A stretch of 64,000 bases of DNA from Bdellovibrionales bacterium RIFOXYD12_FULL_39_22 (lineage in GTDB: Bacteria > Bdellovibrionota > Bacteriovoracia > Bacteriovoracales > Bacteriovoracaceae): contig MEQL01000039.1 of the NCBI GenBank assembly GCA_001770205.1, positions 10,787-74,786 on the forward strand. The letters are read 5' to 3'. This document shows, piece after piece, positions 19,901 to 28,746 of the stretch; the stretch's first letter is position 1; every line of letters starts with the position of its first letter. Under the pieces are notes generated by a model. It had not been told where the DNA came from and searched no databases. It was given only the letters and a program-made list of their open reading frames with translations. Both the position numbers and the translations under genes were made by a program.

Positions 19901-21040
19901 TTACAGTAACCCAATATCGCTTTCGCTATGTAAATATTGCTGTAACCGTGCAGCAGAGGCCTCATGAGAAAACAACTGCTGGCAACTATCTTTTGCCACA
20001 ACCGCCATTTTATAAGCATTTCCACTAGCAATGTCGGCAATGGCCATAGAGATTTTACTGGTTAGATCATGCAGGGAATTCTCTTGAAAGACGTAAGGCA
20101 TATTTAACTGCCTCATTATTTCTGGAATTAAGCTGCTCGATGAGCCAATAACTAGCTTCCCACTAGCAACCGCCTCAATGATAATCTTACTAGTTTGTTC
20201 CTTCCAAAAATCTGTAGTTATTGCTGGCAAGACAACAATATCAACTCTTCGATAAAATTCTGCCACCTCATCATCCCGAAACCTTCCCAAAAAATCGATC
20301 TCCAAGTTACTTTTCAACATACGCTCTAATTCACCAGAACCAGAAATGGCCAATCTTATTTTATATCCGGATTTTTTTAAATTGCTACACGCTTCTAATA
20401 GCAATCTAATTCCTTTTTCCTCCGACAATTTTCCAATAAAGCCAATAAAAATTTCTGATTGATTAAAATTTAAAGGAACTTCACCTAATAATTTTTGATC
20501 ATAAGAAAAAGGGAAATAGCGGCACTCTTTGGAGATATTTTTTCGTTCCAAAACATTTTTTACTTCTTTAGATGGACAAAGAACAACTTCTACATGTTTC
20601 ATGGAAAAACGTTCACGGAATTTCTGAAACATTCCTAGTCGCTCTTTAACGTTGTTACTGGTAATTAAATAGCACTTGGTTTTTCTATTTCGCGTAAATA
20701 TTTTAATTAAAGTAAGCTGAAAAAATACACGGGCAATACTTTTTTGCCTTATAATTATGGCATCATACTTATTGAACGTTAGAAGTAACCATAACTTTAT
20801 TCCACAAAAAACATAGTGATCCGGATCGCGATTGCCAATCGTTCCGGCGGTAACAATTTTATTGAATAATCCATCTACGGTAGAATCATACTGGTAGGTA
20901 GTATACTTTATAAAATCTGACTTCCATCTTCGAGGAAACATCAAATCAATAACATTACTCTTATCTAGAGACGCTAACTCCTTCCAAAAAATGCGTGAAC
21001 TTTTATGAATTAAATCATGGCCAAAAACTAATATTTTCAT
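19901..21040 (-). CDS. Glycosyltransferase, GT4 (GT-B fold) family
   Basis: C-terminal Rossmann half with FIGKLSEEKGIRLLLEA and the E-x7-E motif (EQTSKIIIE). 379 aa. Confidence 0.75.
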   Translation of the reverse strand: MKILVFGHDLIHKSSRIFWKELASLDKSNVIDLMFPRRWKSDFIKYTTYQYDSTVDGLFNKIVTAGTIGNRDPDHYVFCGIKLWLLLTFNKYDAIIIRQKSIARVFFQLTLIKIFTRNRKTKCYLITSNNVKERLGMFQKFRERFSMKHVEVVLCPSKEVKNVLERKNISKECRYFPFSYDQKLLGEVPLNFNQSEIFIGFIGKLSEEKGIRLLLEACSNLKKSGYKIRLAISGSGELERMLKSNLEIDFLGRFRDDEVAEFYRRVDIVVLPAITTDFWKEQTSKIIIEAVASGKLVIGSSSSLIPEIMRQLNMPYVFQENSLHDLTSKISMAIADIASGNAYKMAVVAKDSCQQLFSHEASAARLQQYLHSESDIGLL

Positions 21041-21080
21041 TGGAAAAAAATTTTATAAACTTCCCGCTTCTAAGTAAAGC

Positions 21081-23411
21081 CTATTTTGCATAATTTCGCT
21101 TAACGATGGCAATCCCATCTCGAAAGATGGGAAAAAGCACCATGCAAACAAGATACATCGAAACCTGGCCCAAAACAGATATCCAAGCAATTCCCTTCAA
21201 CATTCCTGCTTCAGCGAAAAAAAGTGAGCCAAACCCAACAATGGTAGTTAGTGCCGAAAGATGCACCGCCTGTGCAATATAGCGCGCACTGGCCACCGAG
21301 GAACTTTCTCCCTCTCCCAACGTTTCTAATTCACGATGTCTAATGTGCACCCCCATATCTATTCCGGCCGCTAAAACTGCCGGAATCATGGCCACATTCA
21401 AAATAGTAAACCTCACTCCAAAAAGTCCCATGGCGGCGACCAACAAAATCATTCCCACAACCAACTGACTTTCTAAAAGCAGTGCCGAATAAAAACTTCT
21501 AAAATCCAACCAAAAAACCAAAAATGCCCCTAGCGCAAATAGTGCCAAAACTACTTTCCCGTCCACCATAATGTGATCTAAAATTTCCACAAAAACCAGT
21601 GTATCACTTCCCACTTTTAATCCCGGAAATTTTTTCTTGGCAGTGCGCAACAGCTTGGCAAAATTTTGTAATGCAGCAGCAGTTGTCTGTTGCTCTTTGG
21701 GATAGGCCAAAACAATCGTTCCTTCCTGCCCAAAAGCATTCTGCAGCTGAGGAGGTAAATCATCCTTCGTATATGGTGCCTCGCTAACCCACCTAATAAC
21801 CTTATCATATCGTAGGCCAGTTTTTTCCTCGATTTCGGCCGGAGAAGTTTTTTCAATCATCTTTTTTAGCTTCTGCATTTTCCTATAACGAGAAGACATA
21901 TCGTCAGGGACCAGAGAAGAAATTGTTACAACATCTTGAACATAACGTTGTTGCCGAGACTCTTTCAACCATTCCGCAAGTTCCATGGTCTGATCATAAT
22001 CAGTTACCTGCAAGGCCGCCGGCACTAGGGATTTTCCAAAAAGTTTGCTGGCCAAGGAATTCATCTTCTGTGTTTCCTTGGTCAAATCATGCATTCTCTC
22101 AAAGTCATATTCAAATTCAGCGTGACGCAACCCATACGCCAGCAAAAGTGCTACCGGAAAATATATCCACTTCCATCCAATCGAAAATGGATAAAACCCA
22201 AACAACGCCGCTGTTTTGGAAAAGCGAGGAGCATCTCCCAACCATTTCCCAATCAACGGAAAGGCCATGATATAGACGAAAAAAATTGCCAAAATTCCCA
22301 ACCCAGCAATAACTCCCAATTCAGAAAAGCCACGAAAGTCACTTATGTATAAAATTAAAAATGCCGCCGCTGATGTTACTGCTGCCGAAAAAAGTGCTCT
22401 TCCCATATTATCGTAAGTAAAATTAATTCCTTCCTCTGCACTCATTCCCTCTTGCCGAGCTTGGAAATAACGACGTAATAGATGAATCCCATACTCCGCC
22501 CCTAATCCCCCTAAAATTGCAAGCAAAAACGAGGTTAAAATATTAATCCTACCTACAAAAAGCAAGGCAATGCCGACGGTCCACCCCAAAGAGATTATAA
22601 CCGCCACGTTAGTTACTAACGCCCCTCGAAAGGTACCTAGACCCAAAACCAAAATAAAACTGAGGGCAACGAAAGTAATTGTCCCAGTGCGAACGATATC
22701 ACGATTAAACTGATCTCTATCGTGAACTTTCTCAATGTAGCGCCCAATTAAATTAAACTTAATGTCACCCAAAGCACTTTTTAGTGCTGCATTTAAATCT
22801 GCGGCCAACTTGCTAGAGCTATCCAAATCAACCGAATCAAAAGAAGGTTTTATCAAAAACATGGCGTATCGCCCATCTTTTGACAAATAATAGCGCTTCT
22901 TTACTTCCTTCTCTCGCCTAAATTTTTCAAAGTATTTTTTTGCCTCTTCTTTTTTGTCTTTTAAATCCACGTCCTCTTCTAAGCCTAAATCCAATAGTGA
23001 ACTAGAATTTTCTTCATCGCTAAATAAATTAGAAGCATGTTTTCGTAAATCGTTAAACTCTTTTTTTGATAGGAGATATAATGCCCTATCTTGTAATAAA
23101 TACTCTTCTCGCTCATAGAAAAAATATCTGATCTGCGAATTATTTTTAATTGAGTCAGCAATAACCGGTAAATATTTTTCCGGGTTATCCACTGGCCCCA
23201 GCAAAACTATCATATACCCGACGCCACCAACCTCCTTTATGACACTATTCATATCTAAAACACTTTCGCGATTATCTGGAAGCAAATCAGTCAAATTGAG
23301 CCCAATCGGAAGATTGCGGCCAGCCATGGACCCAATAATTGAGACTAAAATAACAAAAGTAAAAAATAAATACCTGTTCCGAAAATGAATCTCTTTCAAT
23401 TTTGTTAACAT
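21081..23411 (-). CDS. RND-superfamily exporter of the COG1033 / MMPL-HpnN type
   Basis: 776 aa with two 6-TM bundles, each following a soluble loop. Paired motifs GGLGAEYGIHLLRRY and AAGIDMGVHIRHR in the TM4-like positions. Confidence 0.75.
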   Translation of the reverse strand: MLTKLKEIHFRNRYLFFTFVILVSIIGSMAGRNLPIGLNLTDLLPDNRESVLDMNSVIKEVGGVGYMIVLLGPVDNPEKYLPVIADSIKNNSQIRYFFYEREEYLLQDRALYLLSKKEFNDLRKHASNLFSDEENSSSLLDLGLEEDVDLKDKKEEAKKYFEKFRREKEVKKRYYLSKDGRYAMFLIKPSFDSVDLDSSSKLAADLNAALKSALGDIKFNLIGRYIEKVHDRDQFNRDIVRTGTITFVALSFILVLGLGTFRGALVTNVAVIISLGWTVGIALLFVGRINILTSFLLAILGGLGAEYGIHLLRRYFQARQEGMSAEEGINFTYDNMGRALFSAAVTSAAAFLILYISDFRGFSELGVIAGLGILAIFFVYIMAFPLIGKWLGDAPRFSKTAALFGFYPFSIGWKWIYFPVALLLAYGLRHAEFEYDFERMHDLTKETQKMNSLASKLFGKSLVPAALQVTDYDQTMELAEWLKESRQQRYVQDVVTISSLVPDDMSSRYRKMQKLKKMIEKTSPAEIEEKTGLRYDKVIRWVSEAPYTKDDLPPQLQNAFGQEGTIVLAYPKEQQTTAAALQNFAKLLRTAKKKFPGLKVGSDTLVFVEILDHIMVDGKVVLALFALGAFLVFWLDFRSFYSALLLESQLVVGMILLVAAMGLFGVRFTILNVAMIPAVLAAGIDMGVHIRHRELETLGEGESSSVASARYIAQAVHLSALTTIVGFGSLFFAEAGMLKGIAWISVLGQVSMYLVCMVLFPIFRDGIAIVKRNYAK

Positions 23412-23500
23412 TTCAATTAATACCTATTGATTTTAATATCCTAAGAAAATAATATACCCTTTATTATAGGCAGTCCGTAAAATATAAAAAGGGTTTTATC

Positions 23501-24079
23501 ATGAGAATGTCGATAATCCTATGTGCTTTTTTTCTTCCGCTTTCTATCCAGGCAAACAGTGCAGGGCCAAAATCTATCGTTGAGGCCATTTTTGATAAAT
23601 CAAAAAATACCACCATCACAAGTGATACAAATGCTCAAGCAGAGGTTAATAAACTGGTTAATTTTAATGTAATGGCCCATAATGCTCTTGGCAACAAGTT
23701 ATCCACTCTTTCAAAAGAACAGGTAGACTGGTTTAGCAAAACACTCAAAGAGATCATTACCAAAACCGTTTATCCAGAAGCTCCAGCTTTTTTGAGGGAA
23801 GTAAAAATAACTTACGAAGGAATAAAAGAAAAGGGAGATAAGGCCACAGTTAATTCCATTGTCCGAAAAAGAGGAGAGGAGACGGAAGTTTCATATCACC
23901 TAATGAAATTTTCCAACACTTGGCAAGTCATCGACATCTCACTTGATGGCGACTCTTGGACCGACAGTATCAAAGATCAAGTTATAAATTCATTGAATAA
24001 AAATGGTTGGACTGGACTAAAAGACAAACTATCTAAACGTCTAGATGAACTCAATAAACCCCAAACAAGTAGCAAGTAA
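23501..24079 (+). CDS. MlaC/Ttg2D-family periplasmic lipid-binding protein
   Basis: Signal peptide. VNFNVMAHNALGNKLSTLSKEQVDWFSKTLKEII and TWQVIDISLDGDSWTDSIKDQ...NGWTGLKDKL align by eye with E. coli MlaC (NWQAYDMIAEGVSMITTKQ...GIDGLTAQL). Confidence 0.7.
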   Translation: MRMSIILCAFFLPLSIQANSAGPKSIVEAIFDKSKNTTITSDTNAQAEVNKLVNFNVMAHNALGNKLSTLSKEQVDWFSKTLKEIITKTVYPEAPAFLREVKITYEGIKEKGDKATVNSIVRKRGEETEVSYHLMKFSNTWQVIDISLDGDSWTDSIKDQVINSLNKNGWTGLKDKLSKRLDELNKPQTSSK

Positions 24080-24083
24080 TTTT

Positions 24084-25451
24084 ATGAATAATTCATCAAC
24101 CGTTTTATTTCTATTATTTCTAAAATTAATAGTAATTGCACCTATTCTCCATAATCCACTTTGGGCGGAAGAAGTCGCTAGCGTTCGCCAAATTACACTA
24201 AAAAATGCCATAGAAACTGCACTGCAAAATAATTTAGAATTAAAAGTTGAAAAATATAAAATTGAGCAGGCCGCCTCTGATATCAAAAGAATTCATGGAG
24301 AATTTTATCCTCAAATGCAGATGACTCTCGGGGTCGGGCCTATCAATAAAGTCGTGGGTAACTCCCTCAACTCAGAAATCTCTTATGATGAATGGGGGAT
24401 AATTGTCATGGGAAGTTTTGATGCCCTATGGCCGATCTACACTTGGAAGCGAAAAAACGATCTTCTCAATGCTGCCGAAAACGGCGTTATTGTTAAAGAG
24501 GAAAATGAAAAACTTAAACGCAATGAAATTATTTTCAAAGTCAAAGAAGCCTATTACGGCACACTCTACACCTATTCTCTGAAGTATTTTATTGAGGAAG
24601 TTACCGCTGATGTGGCACGCGCTTTGGCCGACATGCAGAAAAAGAAGGCAAAACAAGAAGATATGTACAAGGTTGAAATTCTAAAATCTCAAATTGAATC
24701 AAAGCGAGCGGAAATTGAAAAAAATCATACCCTGGCCTCCGACGGTTTAGCGCTGTACATGGGCCTATCACACGAAGAAAAAATTACCACCGACATAGAT
24801 TGGATTGAAACAACGGAGCGAGAACTTCGACCACTGGAAGAGTATTGGCAAATGGCCCAAGCAAATAAGCCTGAATTTAGAAAACTAAAAGCAGGAGTGG
24901 CGGCAAAAAAATCACTGGCAATATCCGAAAAAAAGGCCAATTGGCCTCTTTTTGGAGTGCTCATGAGTGCCGATCTGGCATCCACAAACATGCGTGAAAA
25001 ACAAGATAGTCGTTTTGCCTTTGATCCGTACAACAGCTCGAATTTTGCTCTTGGAATCGGCATTAAATGGAGTTTAAACTTTGGAGTCTCCGAGGCCATC
25101 TCTGCCAAATACAACGCAGAGGCCATGGAACTTCTGGCCACAGAAAGATATGCTCAGGATGGAGTTTATCTTCTAATAAAAAAAACGTGGCTGGAGATTT
25201 CAGAAGCACAAAAAAAAGTTGAGGCAACGTTATCCGGCTATCGCTATGGAAAAAAATGGTTAAACAAGGTTATTACCGGCGTAAGCATTGGCCTAGTTGA
25301 TGGCAAAGAGATTGTTGACGCCTATGGATCACGAGCGCTTACCCAAAAAGAATACTATGAAGCAATCTATAATTTGCATATGGCCTGGGCAAAACTCTCA
25401 CAAGAACTAGGAGTCGAAGTAGATCCGCTATTGGCCGAGGCCACCAAATAA
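24084..25451 (+). CDS. TolC-family outer-membrane protein
   Basis: I start it at ATG 24084 (MNNSSTVLFLLFLKLIVIAPI..), 5 nt after the MlaC-like stop. LKNAIETALQNNLELKVEKYKIEQAASDI is a typical OEP N-terminus, and the two-repeat helical architecture fits. Confidence 0.7.
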   Translation: MNNSSTVLFLLFLKLIVIAPILHNPLWAEEVASVRQITLKNAIETALQNNLELKVEKYKIEQAASDIKRIHGEFYPQMQMTLGVGPINKVVGNSLNSEISYDEWGIIVMGSFDALWPIYTWKRKNDLLNAAENGVIVKEENEKLKRNEIIFKVKEAYYGTLYTYSLKYFIEEVTADVARALADMQKKKAKQEDMYKVEILKSQIESKRAEIEKNHTLASDGLALYMGLSHEEKITTDIDWIETTERELRPLEEYWQMAQANKPEFRKLKAGVAAKKSLAISEKKANWPLFGVLMSADLASTNMREKQDSRFAFDPYNSSNFALGIGIKWSLNFGVSEAISAKYNAEAMELLATERYAQDGVYLLIKKTWLEISEAQKKVEATLSGYRYGKKWLNKVITGVSIGLVDGKEIVDAYGSRALTQKEYYEAIYNLHMAWAKLSQELGVEVDPLLAEATK

Positions 25452-25454
25452 AAA

Positions 25455-25477
25455 GGGCCGCTTATCAAAAGCGGCCC
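25455..25477. terminator. Bidirectional rho-independent terminator between convergent genes
   Basis: GGGCCGC (25455-25461) / GCGGCCC (25471-25477), a 7-bp GC stem with a 9-nt loop. AAAA lies upstream and a T-rich stretch downstream. Confidence 0.6.
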
Positions 25478-25525
25478 ACGGTATTTTACTGTACTCACTT
25501 TATTTTACCAAATTTTACCAACAAA

Positions 25526-26053
25526 TTATCGATGGCCTCCACTTGTACTTCTTTGCTGTCCACTAGCTTGTCCACTTTGACTACCTTGAGTACTAGGCAC
25601 ACCCATTTGAGCACCTGCCCCTGCACCACCAATTCCACTCATGCTACCGGCCCCTGCGGCAGAAGATCCTGCACCTTCTTGGCCTCTAAGTTGCTCGCGC
25701 ACTCTGGCCCTTTCTCGAACTGTTTCTCCAAGTTCACTTTCACTACTTTCATTTTGCTTTTTCAGTTTTAATTTTTTTGCTTCTTCCTTTGCCAACTGAT
25801 TAAGGTTTTGCTCCATTGCAGCATCTTCTTCACTAACGATAGCATCTCCAACTTTGGCCCTTTCTCGATTTTGCATCCGATTTTGCAACTGAGTAGCTTC
25901 ACCTTTATTGGCCTCTTTTAACTCTTGTTGTTGGGCCAACTTAACATCAAAGGTTTCTAAATCTTCACTCGTGGCCGGAACAACATCATCTGCAAACGAA
26001 GTTACTGGGATCATTAAAAAAACAAACATCATCATAAAAAATAACGTTTTCAT
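25526..26053 (-). CDS. Secreted low-complexity protein (E/K/Q-rich coil plus G/A/S/Q-rich tail)
   Basis: Signal peptide MKTLFFMMMFVFLMIPVTSFADD. Last gene of the ECF module. Confidence 0.5.
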   Translation of the reverse strand: MKTLFFMMMFVFLMIPVTSFADDVVPATSEDLETFDVKLAQQQELKEANKGEATQLQNRMQNRERAKVGDAIVSEEDAAMEQNLNQLAKEEAKKLKLKKQNESSESELGETVRERARVREQLRGQEGAGSSAAGAGSMSGIGGAGAGAQMGVPSTQGSQSGQASGQQRSTSGGHR

Positions 26054-26067
26054 AAAACCTCCTTTAA

Positions 26068-26616
26068 TTAAGACCTCTTTTTGTCAAAACTGACCTTGAG
26101 TGTTTTCTCGGCAATTAACCGATTACTTAGGTCATAAAATTTTAAAACTATAACCTTATTTCCCTCTCCAATTCCTTCAATAATAAACGGCAGATGGCCA
26201 TTCCTAACGGCAACCTCCCAATCTAAAACCAAAGAACTTTCTTTGTTTAGTTCGGGAAATTTTTTTGAGTAAAAAACAACACCATCAGGTAACACAATTT
26301 CCGCATATGCTACGTTAGCTTTTTTTAACTCTCCAATTTCTACTTTAACGGCAAGTGGTGTATTTAAATTTGCTCGAATAAAATCATCTGCAAAAAACCT
26401 TAGTCCAAAAACAATTACGATTGCCAACGCTGCACCGGAGAGGGCAATCTGTTTCCATAACATGAGCACACCTCCTGTTTTTTGTTTTTTCTCCCGAAAT
26501 CTGGCCAGAATACGGGTCTTCATATATGGTGGCGGTAAAATTGCGTCACTATTCCGTTCTTCCTCAAAAACCGCTTTAACCATGTTTTCTATATTTTCAT
26601 TATTATTGTTTTCCAT
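26068..26616 (-). CDS. Putative single-pass anti-sigma factor
   Basis: Lies immediately downstream of the ECF sigma gene. Short cytoplasmic N-terminus, one TM (WKQIALSGAALAIVIVFGLRFF) and a periplasmic domain. No HxxxCxxC zinc motif, so the call rests on position and topology only. Confidence 0.45.
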   Translation of the reverse strand: MENNNNENIENMVKAVFEEERNSDAILPPPYMKTRILARFREKKQKTGGVLMLWKQIALSGAALAIVIVFGLRFFADDFIRANLNTPLAVKVEIGELKKANVAYAEIVLPDGVVFYSKKFPELNKESSLVLDWEVAVRNGHLPFIIEGIGEGNKVIVLKFYDLSNRLIAEKTLKVSFDKKRS

Positions 26617-26663
26617 TTTTCATCCCCTTGTACTAACAACGAATGAAAAGGCCCTTTCGTTTT

Positions 26664-27185
26664 TTATTTTTTTGATTTAGCGATAAAATATTTTCGCGCC
26701 TTGTGAAGTCTGGATCTTAGCGCATCCTCAGAAATACCTATAATTTCAGCAGCTTCCTGATATGAATGGCCTTCCCCATCAACTAAAATCAATGCCATAC
26801 GAAAATCAGGAGCAATTTTTTGAAGTATCTCTTTTATCTCTATCTTCATTTCAATACTATCTTGCTGGCACTCTTCTGCAGACAAATTATCAAGATCTAT
26901 GAATTCTTGGTTATCTTTATTTCGGGAATAATCAATATAATGATTCTTGGCAACTTTAAAAAGCCAGCTATATAGCTTGGCCTCACTTTCAAATTCTTTC
27001 AGTGACTCGATGGCCTTAATGTAGACATCTTGACATATATCCTGGGCCAAATGCACATCAAAACAGAGATAAGTACAAAAACGGAAAAACTTTTTCTGAG
27101 TATTTTCAATAATTAAAGAAAACGCCTGCTCATCACCTTTTTGGGCGCTAGTTATTATCTCTTTAAAATTATATTTCCAATCCAT
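26664..27185 (-). CDS. ECF (sigma-70 family group IV) RNA polymerase sigma factor
   Basis: Region 2 is DVYIKAIESLKEF...LYSWLFKVAKNHYIDYSR. Region 4 HTH is SYQEAAEIIGISEDALRSRLHKARK. The ATG abuts the stop of the upstream gene (TAAATG). Confidence 0.85.
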   Translation of the reverse strand: MDWKYNFKEIITSAQKGDEQAFSLIIENTQKKFFRFCTYLCFDVHLAQDICQDVYIKAIESLKEFESEAKLYSWLFKVAKNHYIDYSRNKDNQEFIDLDNLSAEECQQDSIEMKIEIKEILQKIAPDFRMALILVDGEGHSYQEAAEIIGISEDALRSRLHKARKYFIAKSKK

Positions 27186-28721
27186 TTATAAAATATCCCA
27201 GACAAGTCCGGAGAAAACAACCATCTGTTCATAATTTTTATCTGCAACATCTCCGCTCTCCAGAGATGAATCGTTAATCACGTAATCGCCAGAGAGAAAA
27301 AACTGTGTAGATTTATTTAAATGATAGGAAAATTTTAAATTTATGGCATTCTGCTCATCATTTCTAACTTTGCTAGGATTCGTCGCGGCCGGAGTATAAT
27401 CTTTCTGCAAAATTGTTGCTCCAGCGTCCAGACTAAACTCTTTCGTTATAAGCCAGAAAAAATATGCCTGAAATCCGCTAGCGCTATACTTTTGAGGGAA
27501 AGTACCATTGTCTAAAATTGCTACTTTCAAATCCTCTTCAAGTAATAAGTAATTTATTCCAACATAGTATTTTTTACTATAAAACTTTATCCCGGCACTC
27601 CCTCCATTGTAATGGCCGGATTGTGCTTCATAATCTTCTATCCATGGCCTATATTCAACATAGGAGTGAGAAAAACCTATTTCTAGCATATCAGAAAAAC
27701 TTCTTGCGGCACTAAAAGATATACCTGGCCTCAAAAGGTATGTCTCGCTCTCTAAAAATTGAAACCCGTAAGATGGCACTAATTTAATATTCCAATCATC
27801 GTTTAGTATTTGCAGTGACAATCCAACATAATTGGAAATTAAACGGTCAGCTTCCTCTCCAATAACTTCATTCCAAGCGATGCCGTATATAATTGCTGTT
27901 GAAAAATCAGCATACTTCATAAATTTACGGCCAGTATCTACACCAAAACTAACATTGTTTTTTTCTTCTGCATTATTGCTATCCATGTAATAGTTAGAAT
28001 TTTGGCCAACTCCAAGAGTAAGACTAACCCATCCTTTTTGCGTCTCGGCCTTCTCTGTTTTTTGCTCTACTAATTTTAAAAAATCTTGTGCCTGCTTCTT
28101 TATTTGTTCATCTTGTGCTCGCTGCCATGCCTCATTAAATGCGGCCTTAGACTCTTCATTTTGTTTCAAACTGGTAAGTATAATTCCTTTTAGCAAATAT
28201 GCTCTGGCCGTCGCAACTGCCTCAATAGAGTTGTTTATAAAATTAAGCGCCTTGGTTGTATTATTATTTTTATATTCAAACAACGCTTGCTTTAAACATT
28301 GTTTGGAGAGATCACTTCGCACCTCATTTTTTATGTGCGATGACAATTCTGTTGATTTATTAAGCGCAATAAGAATTTTAATTGAATTAACAATTTTATT
28401 TTCACTTGCGAAGCTTTTCGCAATATATAATTTGGCGGCCATTACCAAAGGACTTTTAGAAGATACTTTTCCATACTCCTCACGTGCCTGCTCATAATTT
28501 TTTAATTTATAATACACATTAGCAAGATTGAACCGATATAGATTATTCTGCGGACTATGCGCCGACAGCTTTTGCAAAATAGGTAGGGCCTGCTCATAAT
28601 TTTGCTTTTCAAAGTAAGCTATCGCTTCTTTAAATTTATCTTGCGCTAACTTGGATTCTTCGGCCATCAACACTGAAGACAACAAAAAGGCGGTAACTAA
28701 ATAAAACAAAAAATTTTTCAC
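27186..28721 (-). CDS. Outer-membrane protein: N-terminal TPR domain plus C-terminal beta-barrel (Slam/DUF560-like architecture)
   Basis: GTG start with GGGGTGAG SD, and a signal peptide. TPR pairs (YEQALPILQKL..., NYEQAREEYGKV) cover the first ~220 aa, followed by ~290 aa of alternating beta-strand pattern. The family assignment is architectural only. Confidence 0.45.
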   Translation of the reverse strand: MKNFLFYLVTAFLLSSVLMAEESKLAQDKFKEAIAYFEKQNYEQALPILQKLSAHSPQNNLYRFNLANVYYKLKNYEQAREEYGKVSSKSPLVMAAKLYIAKSFASENKIVNSIKILIALNKSTELSSHIKNEVRSDLSKQCLKQALFEYKNNNTTKALNFINNSIEAVATARAYLLKGIILTSLKQNEESKAAFNEAWQRAQDEQIKKQAQDFLKLVEQKTEKAETQKGWVSLTLGVGQNSNYYMDSNNAEEKNNVSFGVDTGRKFMKYADFSTAIIYGIAWNEVIGEEADRLISNYVGLSLQILNDDWNIKLVPSYGFQFLESETYLLRPGISFSAARSFSDMLEIGFSHSYVEYRPWIEDYEAQSGHYNGGSAGIKFYSKKYYVGINYLLLEEDLKVAILDNGTFPQKYSASGFQAYFFWLITKEFSLDAGATILQKDYTPAATNPSKVRNDEQNAINLKFSYHLNKSTQFFLSGDYVINDSSLESGDVADKNYEQMVVFSGLVWDIL

Positions 28722-28746
28722 TTCTCACCCCTTATTTGAAAACTTA

